A stretch of DNA of 64,000 nt from Synergistales bacterium (GTDB lineage Bacteria > Synergistota > Synergistia > Synergistales > JAFGMB01), in assembly GCA_963666205.1 (NCBI GenBank), contig OY762654.1, positions 1,952,001 through 2,016,000 of the forward strand. The letters are read 5' to 3'. Positions 40,185-49,727 of this stretch are shown piece after piece (position 1 is the stretch's first letter; each line of letters opens with the position of its first letter). The notes beneath the pieces were generated by a model. It worked only from the letters and a program-made list of their open reading frames with translations, did no database searches and was not told where the DNA came from. A program made the position numbers and the translations under genes.

Positions 40185-40458
40185 GTCTTTTCCTCCCTGT
40201 CATAACTGCTCATCTATTGTAACTTCGATACCATATTAAATACCGAGCTGTACGTGTGGCCGGAACTTAAGACACCACTGAAAAAAGTGTTTACTATTGT
40301 TCGATGAAAATATGTGCGCAGGTCTTTTAAAAAGTATGTCTGAAAGTAGCTTTTGAGTTGAAGAGGTGCTGGAACTATTTAACTTCTTATAGTATGATAT
40401 CACTAAAACAGGATGAATAGATGAAATACTATAACAAGAAAGAAAGGAGGGAGACGAA

Positions 40459-40893
40459 GTGAGAAAAGCTTTAGTTCCCATTGATACCAGTGCCATAAGC
40501 AGATCTCTTATCAGTTATGCTTTTGGATATGCCAGGAAAGAAGGTATTGAGAAGATCGACTTTCTCCATGTGATATCCAAACATGAACAGAGCTGGGATT
40601 ACAGGCTTGCAGAACTTGATGAAAGATTCCTGGCTGACTCCAGGGAACGTTTCATGTCCATGATCAAGGAGCAGATCGATAAAGGAGCAGATGGAGTGGA
40701 CTATGAGCTTGTGATAGCTTCTGGAGTGCCCTATAGCCAGATAGTTGAAAAGGCAGAGGAAGGCTACGACATAATTCTGATAGGTCACAGAGGCCTTAGC
40801 GATGTTGAGCGGTTCTTTATAGGAAGCGTTGCTGCAAAGGTGGTTCGTCATTCCCCATGTACTGTACTTGTCTATCATCCAAGGGAGGATTAA
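40459..40893 (+). CDS. Universal stress protein (UspA family)
   Basis: LVPID and DIILIGHRG...FFIGSVAAKVVRHSPCTVLV. Confidence 0.92.
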   Translation: MRKALVPIDTSAISRSLISYAFGYARKEGIEKIDFLHVISKHEQSWDYRLAELDERFLADSRERFMSMIKEQIDKGADGVDYELVIASGVPYSQIVEKAEEGYDIILIGHRGLSDVERFFIGSVAAKVVRHSPCTVLVYHPRED

Positions 40894-41043
40894 TGGTGCT
40901 GGATTCGATCTTAAGAGAAAGATTTCAGATTTTACCCTGAAGGGACCGGAACAGGAATAAAGTTAGAGCCGGTCCCTTCTTACTGGATTCTATCCAGATC
41001 TTTTCAGCCAGTATTACACCCTCTGTTTTATATTCTCGCCAAG

Positions 41044-41097
41044 TTGACCCCATTTTCGGACTGAGATATAATATCGGATATCGTATCCGATATCCGA
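41044..41097 (+). promoter_or_regulatory. Sigma-70 promoter with overlapping palindromic operator (probable GntR site)
   Basis: TTGACC-17bp-TATAAT, then ATATCGGATA-tcg-TATCCGATAT (41071-41093). Confidence 0.7.
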
Positions 41098-41163
41098 AAA
41101 ATGAAAAATTCCTCATCAACACGTTTTGAATAATCACTGTGCATGTTAAAGGAGAGGGTAGAT

Positions 41164-41817
41164 ATGAAAAAGATCCCTACAATGGCAGAGGTTGTAATGA
41201 GAGATATCGAGAACAGGATAATGGAGGGTTCCTATTCACCTGGTCAGAAACTGAATGTGGATGAGTTGTCAAGGGAGCTCAACGTGAGCAAGACTCCTGT
41301 CAGGGAGGCCCTTGGAAGACTTGCCAGACAGGGCCTTGTTGAATCTCAGCCCAGGGTTGGATGGAGAGTTTCTCTTTTATCGGGGGAGGAATTCTTTCAG
41401 TTCCAGGAGATAAAACACCTTATCCGGTACTACCTTGCCAGTCATATCGCTCCCTACGTGTCAAAGATAAACTTCCAGAAGATCGAGGCCATGAACAGCA
41501 ATATGCACCATTTTACTAAAACGAGGCAGTTCGGCCGGCTTCTTGAGGAGAATGATAAATTCCATATGGAGATATTCGGAGTATACCCCAACAAAGTTCT
41601 CCTGGAATATCTCGATGAAGTAAGCAGTGCCATAAGATTACAGCGAATTTATATGCTGGAACAGAAACATCTTGACGAAGAGAGTCCCCTTATCGTTCAC
41701 GCGGCAAGAGAGCATGAGGATATTATCGAAGCTTTGAGAAAAGGTGACCAGGATGAAATACTGAGATCCTTTGAAAAACACCAGAGAACTATAAGGGAGT
41801 CATCTCACAACGAGTAG
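41164..41817 (+). CDS. GntR family regulator (FCD domain)
   Basis: PGQKL...LSRELNVSKTPVREAL, NDKFH and EHEDII. Confidence 0.92.
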   Translation: MKKIPTMAEVVMRDIENRIMEGSYSPGQKLNVDELSRELNVSKTPVREALGRLARQGLVESQPRVGWRVSLLSGEEFFQFQEIKHLIRYYLASHIAPYVSKINFQKIEAMNSNMHHFTKTRQFGRLLEENDKFHMEIFGVYPNKVLLEYLDEVSSAIRLQRIYMLEQKHLDEESPLIVHAAREHEDIIEALRKGDQDEILRSFEKHQRTIRESSHNE

Positions 41818-41845
41818 ATGATCCAGGAAGAAAAGGAGTGTTCAA

Positions 41846-44695
41846 ATGATCAGACCTGTATATGATCCAATGAAGGGAAGAATGAGGGTTGCAGCCCTCG
41901 CCTCCGGGTCAGGGAATACCCTGTGGAAAGTACATGATCTTCAACTGGAACTTGAAAAGACCTTTGAAGGCAGTACCTTTGAGGTAGTAGCCCTTTTTTC
42001 GGATAACCCAGGTTCAAAAGCGATTGAAACAGCAGGAGAAAGAGGTATTCCGGTCACTTCAATAGATATAAGGCAGTTCTATGCCGACAGGGAAAAACCT
42101 CTCAGGGACAGAGAAGTGAGAGCTGAGTTCGATAACCGCATAATGGATTTCTTCGAGCAGTATGATCCGGATGTGATCCTTCTGGCAGGTTATGTCTGGG
42201 CTACCACATCGGTAATTACAGGAAGTCTGCCGGTTATAAATGTACATCCTGCAGATCTTTCTGTTAAGGATAGCGATGGAGGAAGGGCATATGCAGGCGC
42301 TAACGGCGTTGGTGCTGCCCTTGCAGACAATGCACAGGAACTCCGGTCCAGTTCTCATCTGGCCACAGATGAGCTGGATGGAGGACCCATAATCCTTATA
42401 AGCCCGCCTGTTCCTGTCGATCAGGATCCTGGTATGGAAGAAAAGGAAAGATTCCGTAAATATCTGAAACTGGTGAATGAACAATCAAGGTCTACAGGGG
42501 CCAGAACGATCCTTGAAATATCACTTGGAAATTTTGGAAGAGATGAAAATGGTCTTCTTCACTATAAGGGAGATCCTGTTCCTGATGGAGTTAAATTGGA
42601 AAGCTGGAGTTCTTTTAAACCTCTCCATGAGAGGGATACTGAAAAACTTCTCAATCCCGGGAGTATTGCCGTTATTGGTGCTTCAGCCAAACCCGGGCTG
42701 GGTAATGCTGTTCTGAGGAACATCGTTGACTATGAATTCAATGGAAGTGTTTTTGCAGTAAATCGAAAAGGCGAAGATGTTCTGGGGGTCAGGGGATACA
42801 GAAGTGTAAAAGAGATCGAAGAGACTGTAGACCTGGCCCTTGTTACTGTACCTGCAAGTTTCGCTGTGGATGTCATAAAAGAGTGCGGAGAAAAGGGAGT
42901 AAGGGCAGTAGCGACCCTGACGGCCGGTTTCAGGGAAATGGGAGAAGAAGGGGCCAGAGCTGAATCTGAAATAATGGAGATCATTAACAGATACAATATG
43001 AGACTCCTTGGTCCCAACTGTATGGGCCTTCTTAATACCGACCCGCAGGTCAGACTTCATTCCAATATGCTTCAGAACATCCCTGCCAGGGGTCCCATAG
43101 GACTCATTACACAGAGTGGGGCCATCGGAGCGGCCATGCTTGACTGGGCCGAAGAGCTAGGTCTCGGATTTTCCATGATCACTTCCACGGGAAATCAGCC
43201 CGATCTCAACATCTGTGACCTTTTACCCCTCTATGCCCTGGACCCCGGAACGAAGGTCATTCTTGCATATCTTGAAATGATCCCTGAACCTGCGAGATTT
43301 GCAAGGATTCTTTCCAGGGTGAATAAAATTAAACCGGTCATTATCCTCAAGTCTGGAAGGACAGAGGCTGGTGCCGCCGCCGCAAGGTCTCACACGGGAA
43401 GTATGGCCGGAAATGAACAGATCGCTGAAGCACTTATCCAGAAGACAGGGGCTCTCAGGGTGAACACTCTGGAAGAAGCCTTTCTCCTGGCTTCGGCCCT
43501 CGGACGGATGCCGAAAGTGAGAGGCAACCGGGTGGGAATCATAAGCAATGCGGGTGGGCCAGGTACCCTTGTGGCCGACGCCCTCCATGATCTGGGTTTT
43601 GAACTCCCGGTTCTTTCCGATGAACTGAGAGACAGTCTGGCAAAGGACATTCTTCCCCAGGCTTCGACTGCGAATCCCCTTGATCTTGTTGCCACTGCTG
43701 CGCCTGAACATTATGGCAAAGCTTCCGGACTTATGGCGGAAAGCGGCATATACGATGCGCTTATAGTTATAATGGTACCCCCCGTAACTGTAGAGACAGG
43801 TTCCGTGGCCCAGGCCATGATCGATTCTCTCAAGGATATCGATATTCCTGTCCTTACTTGTTTCTTCGGCCCTAAAATGGGTAGAGCCGGGCGTAATGTC
43901 ATGCTTGAAGGTAAGATACCCTCTTTCCCCTTTCCTGAACAGACTGCTCAGGTCCTCAACCTCATGAGAGAGACAGAAACACCGGAAAAAGATGCAGCAG
44001 CTTACCCCTCCGCGGTTCCAGCTAGAGAACTAAAGAATACCAGGTCCCTTTTCAAAGGGACTGCCGGTACTTTTCTCCCCCCGGAAAAGTGCCAGACCCT
44101 GCTCATGTCATATGGATTCAAGGTAGCAAGATCCATTCTGGTGTTATCCCCTCAGGAGGTTGATGGCCTGGACTTGAAATTTCCTGTAGTTGCGAAGATA
44201 GATCACAGCGATATTATTCATAAATCCGATAGCGGGGGGGTTATTCTTGACATTGCCGATAAAGGCTCTCTTAAAAAGGTAGTAACCGAAATGTTTTCAA
44301 AGTTTCCCGGGGCAAGGGGTGTGCTGGTACAGGAACAGGTTTGCGGAAATGTGGAGGTGATACTTGGAGCGAAAAGTGACCCGGCCCTTGGTCATGTCGT
44401 TCTGGCTGGCTATGGTGGAGTTGGGGTTGAGGTATTTAAGGATGTGTCACTGGGTCACGTTCCCTTCGACGGGGTAAGTGCCCGGAAGATGCTGAAAGAC
44501 CTGAAGTGTTACCGGATCCTGGAAGGATACAGGGGAAAGCCGGGAGTGGACCTTGAAAACCTAGAAGACCTCATAATGAAAATGCAGGGTCTTCTTATCA
44601 GTAATCCCGAAATAGAAGAGATGGACCTGAATCCCCTTATCTTTGACGGTAAGGAATTTATCGTAGCCGATTACAGGATAAAGATAGCAGGTTAA
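41846..44695 (+). CDS. Fusion of a PurN-like folate-dependent formyltransferase and an ADP-forming acyl-CoA ligase (alpha + beta)
   Basis: N-terminal ~250 aa: SGSGN, LAGY, INVHPAD, LDGGPI. Remainder: IAVIGAS, GPNCMG, QSGA, SHTGSMAG, NAGG, NPLD, HKSDSGGV, DLNP. Confidence 0.85.
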   Translation: MIRPVYDPMKGRMRVAALASGSGNTLWKVHDLQLELEKTFEGSTFEVVALFSDNPGSKAIETAGERGIPVTSIDIRQFYADREKPLRDREVRAEFDNRIMDFFEQYDPDVILLAGYVWATTSVITGSLPVINVHPADLSVKDSDGGRAYAGANGVGAALADNAQELRSSSHLATDELDGGPIILISPPVPVDQDPGMEEKERFRKYLKLVNEQSRSTGARTILEISLGNFGRDENGLLHYKGDPVPDGVKLESWSSFKPLHERDTEKLLNPGSIAVIGASAKPGLGNAVLRNIVDYEFNGSVFAVNRKGEDVLGVRGYRSVKEIEETVDLALVTVPASFAVDVIKECGEKGVRAVATLTAGFREMGEEGARAESEIMEIINRYNMRLLGPNCMGLLNTDPQVRLHSNMLQNIPARGPIGLITQSGAIGAAMLDWAEELGLGFSMITSTGNQPDLNICDLLPLYALDPGTKVILAYLEMIPEPARFARILSRVNKIKPVIILKSGRTEAGAAAARSHTGSMAGNEQIAEALIQKTGALRVNTLEEAFLLASALGRMPKVRGNRVGIISNAGGPGTLVADALHDLGFELPVLSDELRDSLAKDILPQASTANPLDLVATAAPEHYGKASGLMAESGIYDALIVIMVPPVTVETGSVAQAMIDSLKDIDIPVLTCFFGPKMGRAGRNVMLEGKIPSFPFPEQTAQVLNLMRETETPEKDAAAYPSAVPARELKNTRSLFKGTAGTFLPPEKCQTLLMSYGFKVARSILVLSPQEVDGLDLKFPVVAKIDHSDIIHKSDSGGVILDIADKGSLKKVVTEMFSKFPGARGVLVQEQVCGNVEVILGAKSDPALGHVVLAGYGGVGVEVFKDVSLGHVPFDGVSARKMLKDLKCYRILEGYRGKPGVDLENLEDLIMKMQGLLISNPEIEEMDLNPLIFDGKEFIVADYRIKIAG

Positions 44696-44760
44696 TACAA
44701 CGAACATGTACTCTCAAGACCAGCAGTTCAGAATAAATTATTTTGCCAGGAGGTAATTCG

Positions 44761-45978
44761 ATGGGATACAGAGAAGATGGTAAATGGTGGGTTTCACCGG
44801 CTAATTATACGGAAGAAGTTACAGGTAATTACAACTTCGCTGAAAAGATCGAGATTCTTGATACGACCCTGAGGGATGGAGAGCAGCAGCCCGGGATCAT
44901 TTTTACCAGGGACGAAAAGGTCTCTATTGCCAGGAAACTGTCGGAGGTCGGAGTTCACAGGATAGAAGCAGGAACACCCGCGGCATCCCAGGAAGATGCA
45001 GATGCCATAAAGGCGATCGTTGACGAGGGGCTTGATTCGAAGATATTCTGTTTTTCCCGCAATATGGTAAAGGACATGGAACTGGCAAAATCCCTTGGAG
45101 TACATGGGGTTCTTGCCGAGATGATCGGAAGCGAGCAGATGCTCAGATACGGGAAAAAATGGACCCCGGAACAGGCCATTGAAGCATGTGTTGAGGCTAC
45201 CCGGGCTGCTCATGAAATGGGTATGTATGTCACCTTTTTCCCTGCAGATGGCTCGAGAGCAGAATTGAATTATCTTCTTGACTTTGTACAGGCAGTAGCT
45301 GAGGGCGGACACATCGATTCACTCGCACTGGTGGATACCTTCGGAACTTTCTCTCCGGAAGGTGCAGCCTTCATGGTAAGAAAACTCAAGGAGAGATTCG
45401 ATTTTCCGATAGAGGCACATTTCCACAGTGATTACGATCTTGGTGTCGCAACTACTCTTGCCGCCCTTGTGGCTGGAGCAGAAGTGGCTCATGTAACTGT
45501 CAACGGGATAGGCGAACGGGCAGGAAGTGCACCTCTTGGCGCTGTAGCCCTTTCCCTGGAGGCTCTTTACGGTCAGAAAACCGGGATCAGACTTGAAAAA
45601 CTGAAGGAACTTTCAGAAATGGTGGTTGAATACTCAAGGTTCCCGGTATGGCCCATTAAAGCAGTTGACGGAGATCGTCTATTCGGATGGGAAACAGGAC
45701 TTCCATCAAGTCTTTGGGTAAATGCAAAGGAAACCAATCCCCTTATAATGCTGCCCTATCACTATACTCTGACGGGTCAGCAGGAGCCTGTCCTTTATCT
45801 TGGAAAGAAAAGCGGTAAGGATAATCTGAAATACTGGCTGGATAAGGCTGGTGTGGAAATAGACGATAACCAGCAGAAGGAACTTCTGCAGATGGTGAAG
45901 GCAAGGTCTATAGAGATGAAGAGGGATCTTGACATGGATGATTTTAAATCCCTGCTGAGTGCCCTTGGATCAAGGTAG
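44761..45978 (+). CDS. DRE-TIM metallolyase (homocitrate/isopropylmalate synthase-like, no regulatory domain)
   Basis: DTTLRDGEQ, DTFG, HFHSDY.LG and NGIGERAG motifs. Confidence 0.85.
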   Translation: MGYREDGKWWVSPANYTEEVTGNYNFAEKIEILDTTLRDGEQQPGIIFTRDEKVSIARKLSEVGVHRIEAGTPAASQEDADAIKAIVDEGLDSKIFCFSRNMVKDMELAKSLGVHGVLAEMIGSEQMLRYGKKWTPEQAIEACVEATRAAHEMGMYVTFFPADGSRAELNYLLDFVQAVAEGGHIDSLALVDTFGTFSPEGAAFMVRKLKERFDFPIEAHFHSDYDLGVATTLAALVAGAEVAHVTVNGIGERAGSAPLGAVALSLEALYGQKTGIRLEKLKELSEMVVEYSRFPVWPIKAVDGDRLFGWETGLPSSLWVNAKETNPLIMLPYHYTLTGQQEPVLYLGKKSGKDNLKYWLDKAGVEIDDNQQKELLQMVKARSIEMKRDLDMDDFKSLLSALGSR

Positions 45979-45987
45979 ATCAGAGCC

Positions 45988-47148
45988 ATGTCGGCTGTGA
46001 AGATAGCAGAAAGATTTTCAGATCTGCAGCCTTCTCTGATGGTCAAGGTCTTTCGCGCTGCTGCCCAGGTGGAGGATCTCTCGAATCTTGGAATTGGAGA
46101 GCCGGACTTCAATACTGAACCCGACATAGTGGATGCTGCTGCAAGGGCTGGTAAAGAGGGTTTTACCCATTATCCGCCCCTCCCCGGTTTTCTTGATCTG
46201 AGGCAGGAAATATGTTCCTGGTGGGATAAAAAATACGGACTGAAATCGGTCCCGGATGAGGTATTTGTCACCACAGGAGGCATCCAGTCACCATTTCTTC
46301 TTTTCCAGGCCATACTGGATCCGGGAGATGAGGTTATTGTGACTGAACCTTGTTTTGTCGCCTACTTTCAACAGGTTGAATATAACGGAGGCAGAGTGGT
46401 TACGGTTCCATGTTTCGAGGAGAACGGCTTCAAGCCCATGGCAGAGGATATAGAAAAGGCAATCACTCCCAGGACCAGGGCCATCATGCTGAATTCCCCC
46501 TGTAATCCGACAGGAGCTGTAATTGACCGCGTGGAGCTGGAAAAGATCGCTGCAGTGGTGAAGAAACATGATCTCTTTGTCGTATCTGATGAAATCTATG
46601 AGTCTATCCTTTTCGAGGGAGAACATGTTCCCTTTGCGACCCTTCCGGGAATGAAGGAAAGAACCATGACTGTAGGAGGTTTTTCCAAGTCCCATGCCAT
46701 GACTGGATGGCGTATAGGTTATGCCATTGCTCCTCGTGAGATCCTCAGCCTGATGCAGGTCCTGAGCATTGTTCAATCTTTTGGAGTTAATTCTCTTGCC
46801 CAGAAAGCAGCCCTTTATGCCTTGAAAACACAGGAGAAAAAGGTCATGGAGAGAAGGGACATCTTCAGGGAGAGGGTTGACTATACGCTGGGGCGTCTTA
46901 ATGCAATACCTGGGATCAGCTGTCTGAAACCGGGAGGATCCTTCTATCTCTTCCCCAATATAAGCGGAACAGGAATGAATTCAGAAGAATTCACATTCTG
47001 GCTTCTCGAGAAGGCTAAGGTTGCAGTTATACCCGGTATCTCATTCGGAAAGAGTGGTGAAGGTTATGTAAGGATATCCTGCGCCATGTCCCTGAAAGAT
47101 CTGGAGAAGGCCATGGACAGGATGGAGAATGCTCTGAAAAACAGGTAA
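45988..47148 (+). CDS. PLP-dependent class I/II aminotransferase
   Basis: GEPDF, NSPCNPTG, SDEIY and SKSHAMTGWRIG. Confidence 0.93.
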   Translation: MSAVKIAERFSDLQPSLMVKVFRAAAQVEDLSNLGIGEPDFNTEPDIVDAAARAGKEGFTHYPPLPGFLDLRQEICSWWDKKYGLKSVPDEVFVTTGGIQSPFLLFQAILDPGDEVIVTEPCFVAYFQQVEYNGGRVVTVPCFEENGFKPMAEDIEKAITPRTRAIMLNSPCNPTGAVIDRVELEKIAAVVKKHDLFVVSDEIYESILFEGEHVPFATLPGMKERTMTVGGFSKSHAMTGWRIGYAIAPREILSLMQVLSIVQSFGVNSLAQKAALYALKTQEKKVMERRDIFRERVDYTLGRLNAIPGISCLKPGGSFYLFPNISGTGMNSEEFTFWLLEKAKVAVIPGISFGKSGEGYVRISCAMSLKDLEKAMDRMENALKNR

Positions 47149-47208
47149 CAGAGTGGAATGCAGGATATTATAATATTCATTTTTTTATCACGATAAGGAG
47201 GGAAACTA

Positions 47209-48561
47209 ATGGATAATAAGGGTAAGAGAGATCAGTTCACTTCCGGTTTTGGATTTGTTCTGGCCTCAGCTGGTTCTGCGATCGGTCTGGGAAATATATG
47301 GCGCTTCCCCTATATGACGGGGACTAATGGTGGAGGAGCTTTCGTACTCCTGTACCTTGCAATAGTTCTTCTGGTGGGTGCGACCCTGCTTCTTGTCGAG
47401 TTCACCATTGGCCGCCATGGTCAGGCAAATGCTGTTGCCAGTTATGGCAAAATAAGTAAACCCTTCAAGTGGATAGGTTATCTCGGGGTCTTTACATCCT
47501 TTCCCCTTCTCGCCTATTACGCAGTCGTAGGCGGATGGACCATCTATTACTCCGTGCAGTCAGCTCTGGGTAAGTTGACCAGCGTTCCTGCAGATCAGAT
47601 GGGAGCATTCTTTGGAGGGTTCATAGGTTTAGTTACATCACCGATCATTTACCTGGCCATTTTTCTTATCTTCACCCTTCTCATTGTGGCAAAGGGTATC
47701 TCTGGAGGTATCGAAAAATGGAGCAAGATCCTTATGCCAGCCATGTTCGTGCTTCTTGTCATTCTTCTGGTAAGGTCTGTCACCCTTCCGGGAGCCATGG
47801 AAGGTGTCAAATGGTACCTTAAACCTGATTTCTCCAAGATCAACGGGTCAGTCGTTGTAGCAGCCCTTGGTCAGGCCTTTTTCTCCCTGAGTGTGGGATT
47901 GTCCGGAATGGTTACCTATGGTTCCTACCTGTCAAAGAAAGAGAACCTCACCACCAACACCCTTACCGTTGTTGGTTTCGATACTCTCATAGCTATCCTT
48001 GCCGGTTTTGTAGTATTCCCTGCCGTATTTGCCTTCTCCATGGAGCCCGGCGGTGGACCCGGTCTTGTGTTTATAACCCTTCCCCAGGTTTTCAGTAAAA
48101 TGCCTATGGGGGCCTTTTTCTCCGCATCTTTCTTCCTTCTCCTGCTCTTTGCTGCCCTTACCTCATCCATTTCTATCATGGAAGTTTCCATATCCTACTT
48201 TACTGAAAGCTTCGAGGTATCCCGCAGGCAGATGTCATGGGTATACGGAATAATCGTATTTGCCCTTGCCATACCTGTTTCTCTCAGTTTTGGTATATGG
48301 GGAGATGTCTCTATCCTCGGAAAGGGCATTTTTGACCTTTACGATTACTTCTGCGCCAATCTGGCCCTTCCCTTCTGTGCCTTCATGTGTGCCATTCTCG
48401 TTGGCTGGGTATGGGGCAGGGATAAAGCAATGGCAGAACTTACCAACAATGGAACCATCGATAACTGGTATATACGGATATGGTTCCCCCTTGTAAAGTA
48501 TGTTTCACCCCTTGTCGTAGGACTTATTCTGCTTAACGCTATAGGGGTTCTGAAATTCTAG
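47209..48561 (+). CDS. Sodium-dependent amino-acid transporter (NSS/SNF family)
   Basis: GSAIGLGNIWRFPY, NGGGAF and QAFFSLS. Confidence 0.93.
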   Translation: MDNKGKRDQFTSGFGFVLASAGSAIGLGNIWRFPYMTGTNGGGAFVLLYLAIVLLVGATLLLVEFTIGRHGQANAVASYGKISKPFKWIGYLGVFTSFPLLAYYAVVGGWTIYYSVQSALGKLTSVPADQMGAFFGGFIGLVTSPIIYLAIFLIFTLLIVAKGISGGIEKWSKILMPAMFVLLVILLVRSVTLPGAMEGVKWYLKPDFSKINGSVVVAALGQAFFSLSVGLSGMVTYGSYLSKKENLTTNTLTVVGFDTLIAILAGFVVFPAVFAFSMEPGGGPGLVFITLPQVFSKMPMGAFFSASFFLLLLFAALTSSISIMEVSISYFTESFEVSRRQMSWVYGIIVFALAIPVSLSFGIWGDVSILGKGIFDLYDYFCANLALPFCAFMCAILVGWVWGRDKAMAELTNNGTIDNWYIRIWFPLVKYVSPLVVGLILLNAIGVLKF

Positions 48562-48589
48562 CAGGATAATCCTGACTGGAATCCGGTTA

Positions 48590-48639
48590 AAATATAAAAG
48601 GCCTCCTGCCGGTTTTTACCGGGGAGGCCTTTTATATTT
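48590..48639. terminator. Bidirectional terminator
   Basis: aaatataaaaggcctcc...ggaggccttttatattt inverted repeat between convergent operons. Confidence 0.8.
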
Positions 48640-48643
48640 CCCT

Positions 48644-49726
48644 TTAGATATCTTCGAGGGGATGAAGGGTGTCTGTCGGAAAAGATAGACCGACATGTTC
48701 TCCGGGGTTGAAGATCCTTCCAGTTACAGGATTTGTCGTGTGGATGGTAAGGTTGGGAAGTCCTTCAGATCTGACCTCGTATTCCACTATATTTCCAAGG
48801 AAAGTCGTCCTTTCTATCTCTGCTGTGAAATCCCCGGTTTTCCCATCTTCTCCTTCTGATAAGGCTATTGCTTCCGGTCTTATGGTAATACGTACCTTAT
48901 CGCCCGGGTGGAATCTGTCCATTCTGCCTTCAAGATCAAAAGTTTTGTTTTTTATTCTGACCACACTGTTCTCCAGAGCTTCTCCCTGAAGAAAGTTTAC
49001 CTTGCCTATGAAGGCTGCCACAAAACTGTTCCTCGGCCGGGCATAAAGTTCTCTCGGAGTTCCTGTCTGTTCTATTTTTCCCCGGTTCATTACAACGACC
49101 CTGTCTGAGATACTCATAGCCTCCGACTGATCATGGGTCACATATACGCTTGTTATGCCAAGCCTTTTCTGCAGAGCCCGTATTTCGATCCGCATCTGTT
49201 CCCTAAGTTTGGCATCAAGATTGGATAGGGGTTCATCGAAAAGAAGAAGTTCCGGTTCCATTATAATGGCTCTTGCCAGGGCGACTCTCTGCTGCTGTCC
49301 GCCGGAAAGCTGGCTTGGCTGACGGTTCTCCAGTCCCTTAAGTCCCACAAGTTCAAGGGAGAGTTCCATCTTTTCACGGATGGTTTTCTGAGGAAGTTTT
49401 TTCAATCTTAACCCGAAGGCTATATTTTCATATACATTAAGATGGGGGAATATGGCATAGGACTGGAAGACCAGAGTGGTATTCCTTTTATTGGGTCCCA
49501 GGTCGTTTACACGTTTTTTCCCAAAGAAAATATCTCCTGAAGTCGGATCTTCAAAACCGGCGATCATTCTCAGCAGTGTGGTTTTACCGCAACCGCTCGG
49601 ACCGAGGAGAGTTACAAGTTCTCCTTCGCCGACATGCAGGTCCACATTGTTAACGGCTATAACTCCAGAATCCTCCTGGTCAAAACTCTGAAATGTCTTT
49701 GTAAGTCCCTTTATCCGAAGTTCCAT
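48644..49726 (-). CDS. ABC transporter ATP-binding subunit (FbpC/PotA-like)
   Basis: GPSGCGKT, LSGGQQQR and LLFDEP; TOBE-like C-terminus. Confidence 0.93.
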   Translation of the reverse strand: MELRIKGLTKTFQSFDQEDSGVIAVNNVDLHVGEGELVTLLGPSGCGKTTLLRMIAGFEDPTSGDIFFGKKRVNDLGPNKRNTTLVFQSYAIFPHLNVYENIAFGLRLKKLPQKTIREKMELSLELVGLKGLENRQPSQLSGGQQQRVALARAIIMEPELLLFDEPLSNLDAKLREQMRIEIRALQKRLGITSVYVTHDQSEAMSISDRVVVMNRGKIEQTGTPRELYARPRNSFVAAFIGKVNFLQGEALENSVVRIKNKTFDLEGRMDRFHPGDKVRITIRPEAIALSEGEDGKTGDFTAEIERTTFLGNIVEYEVRSEGLPNLTIHTTNPVTGRIFNPGEHVGLSFPTDTLHPLEDI

Positions 49727-49727
49727 C

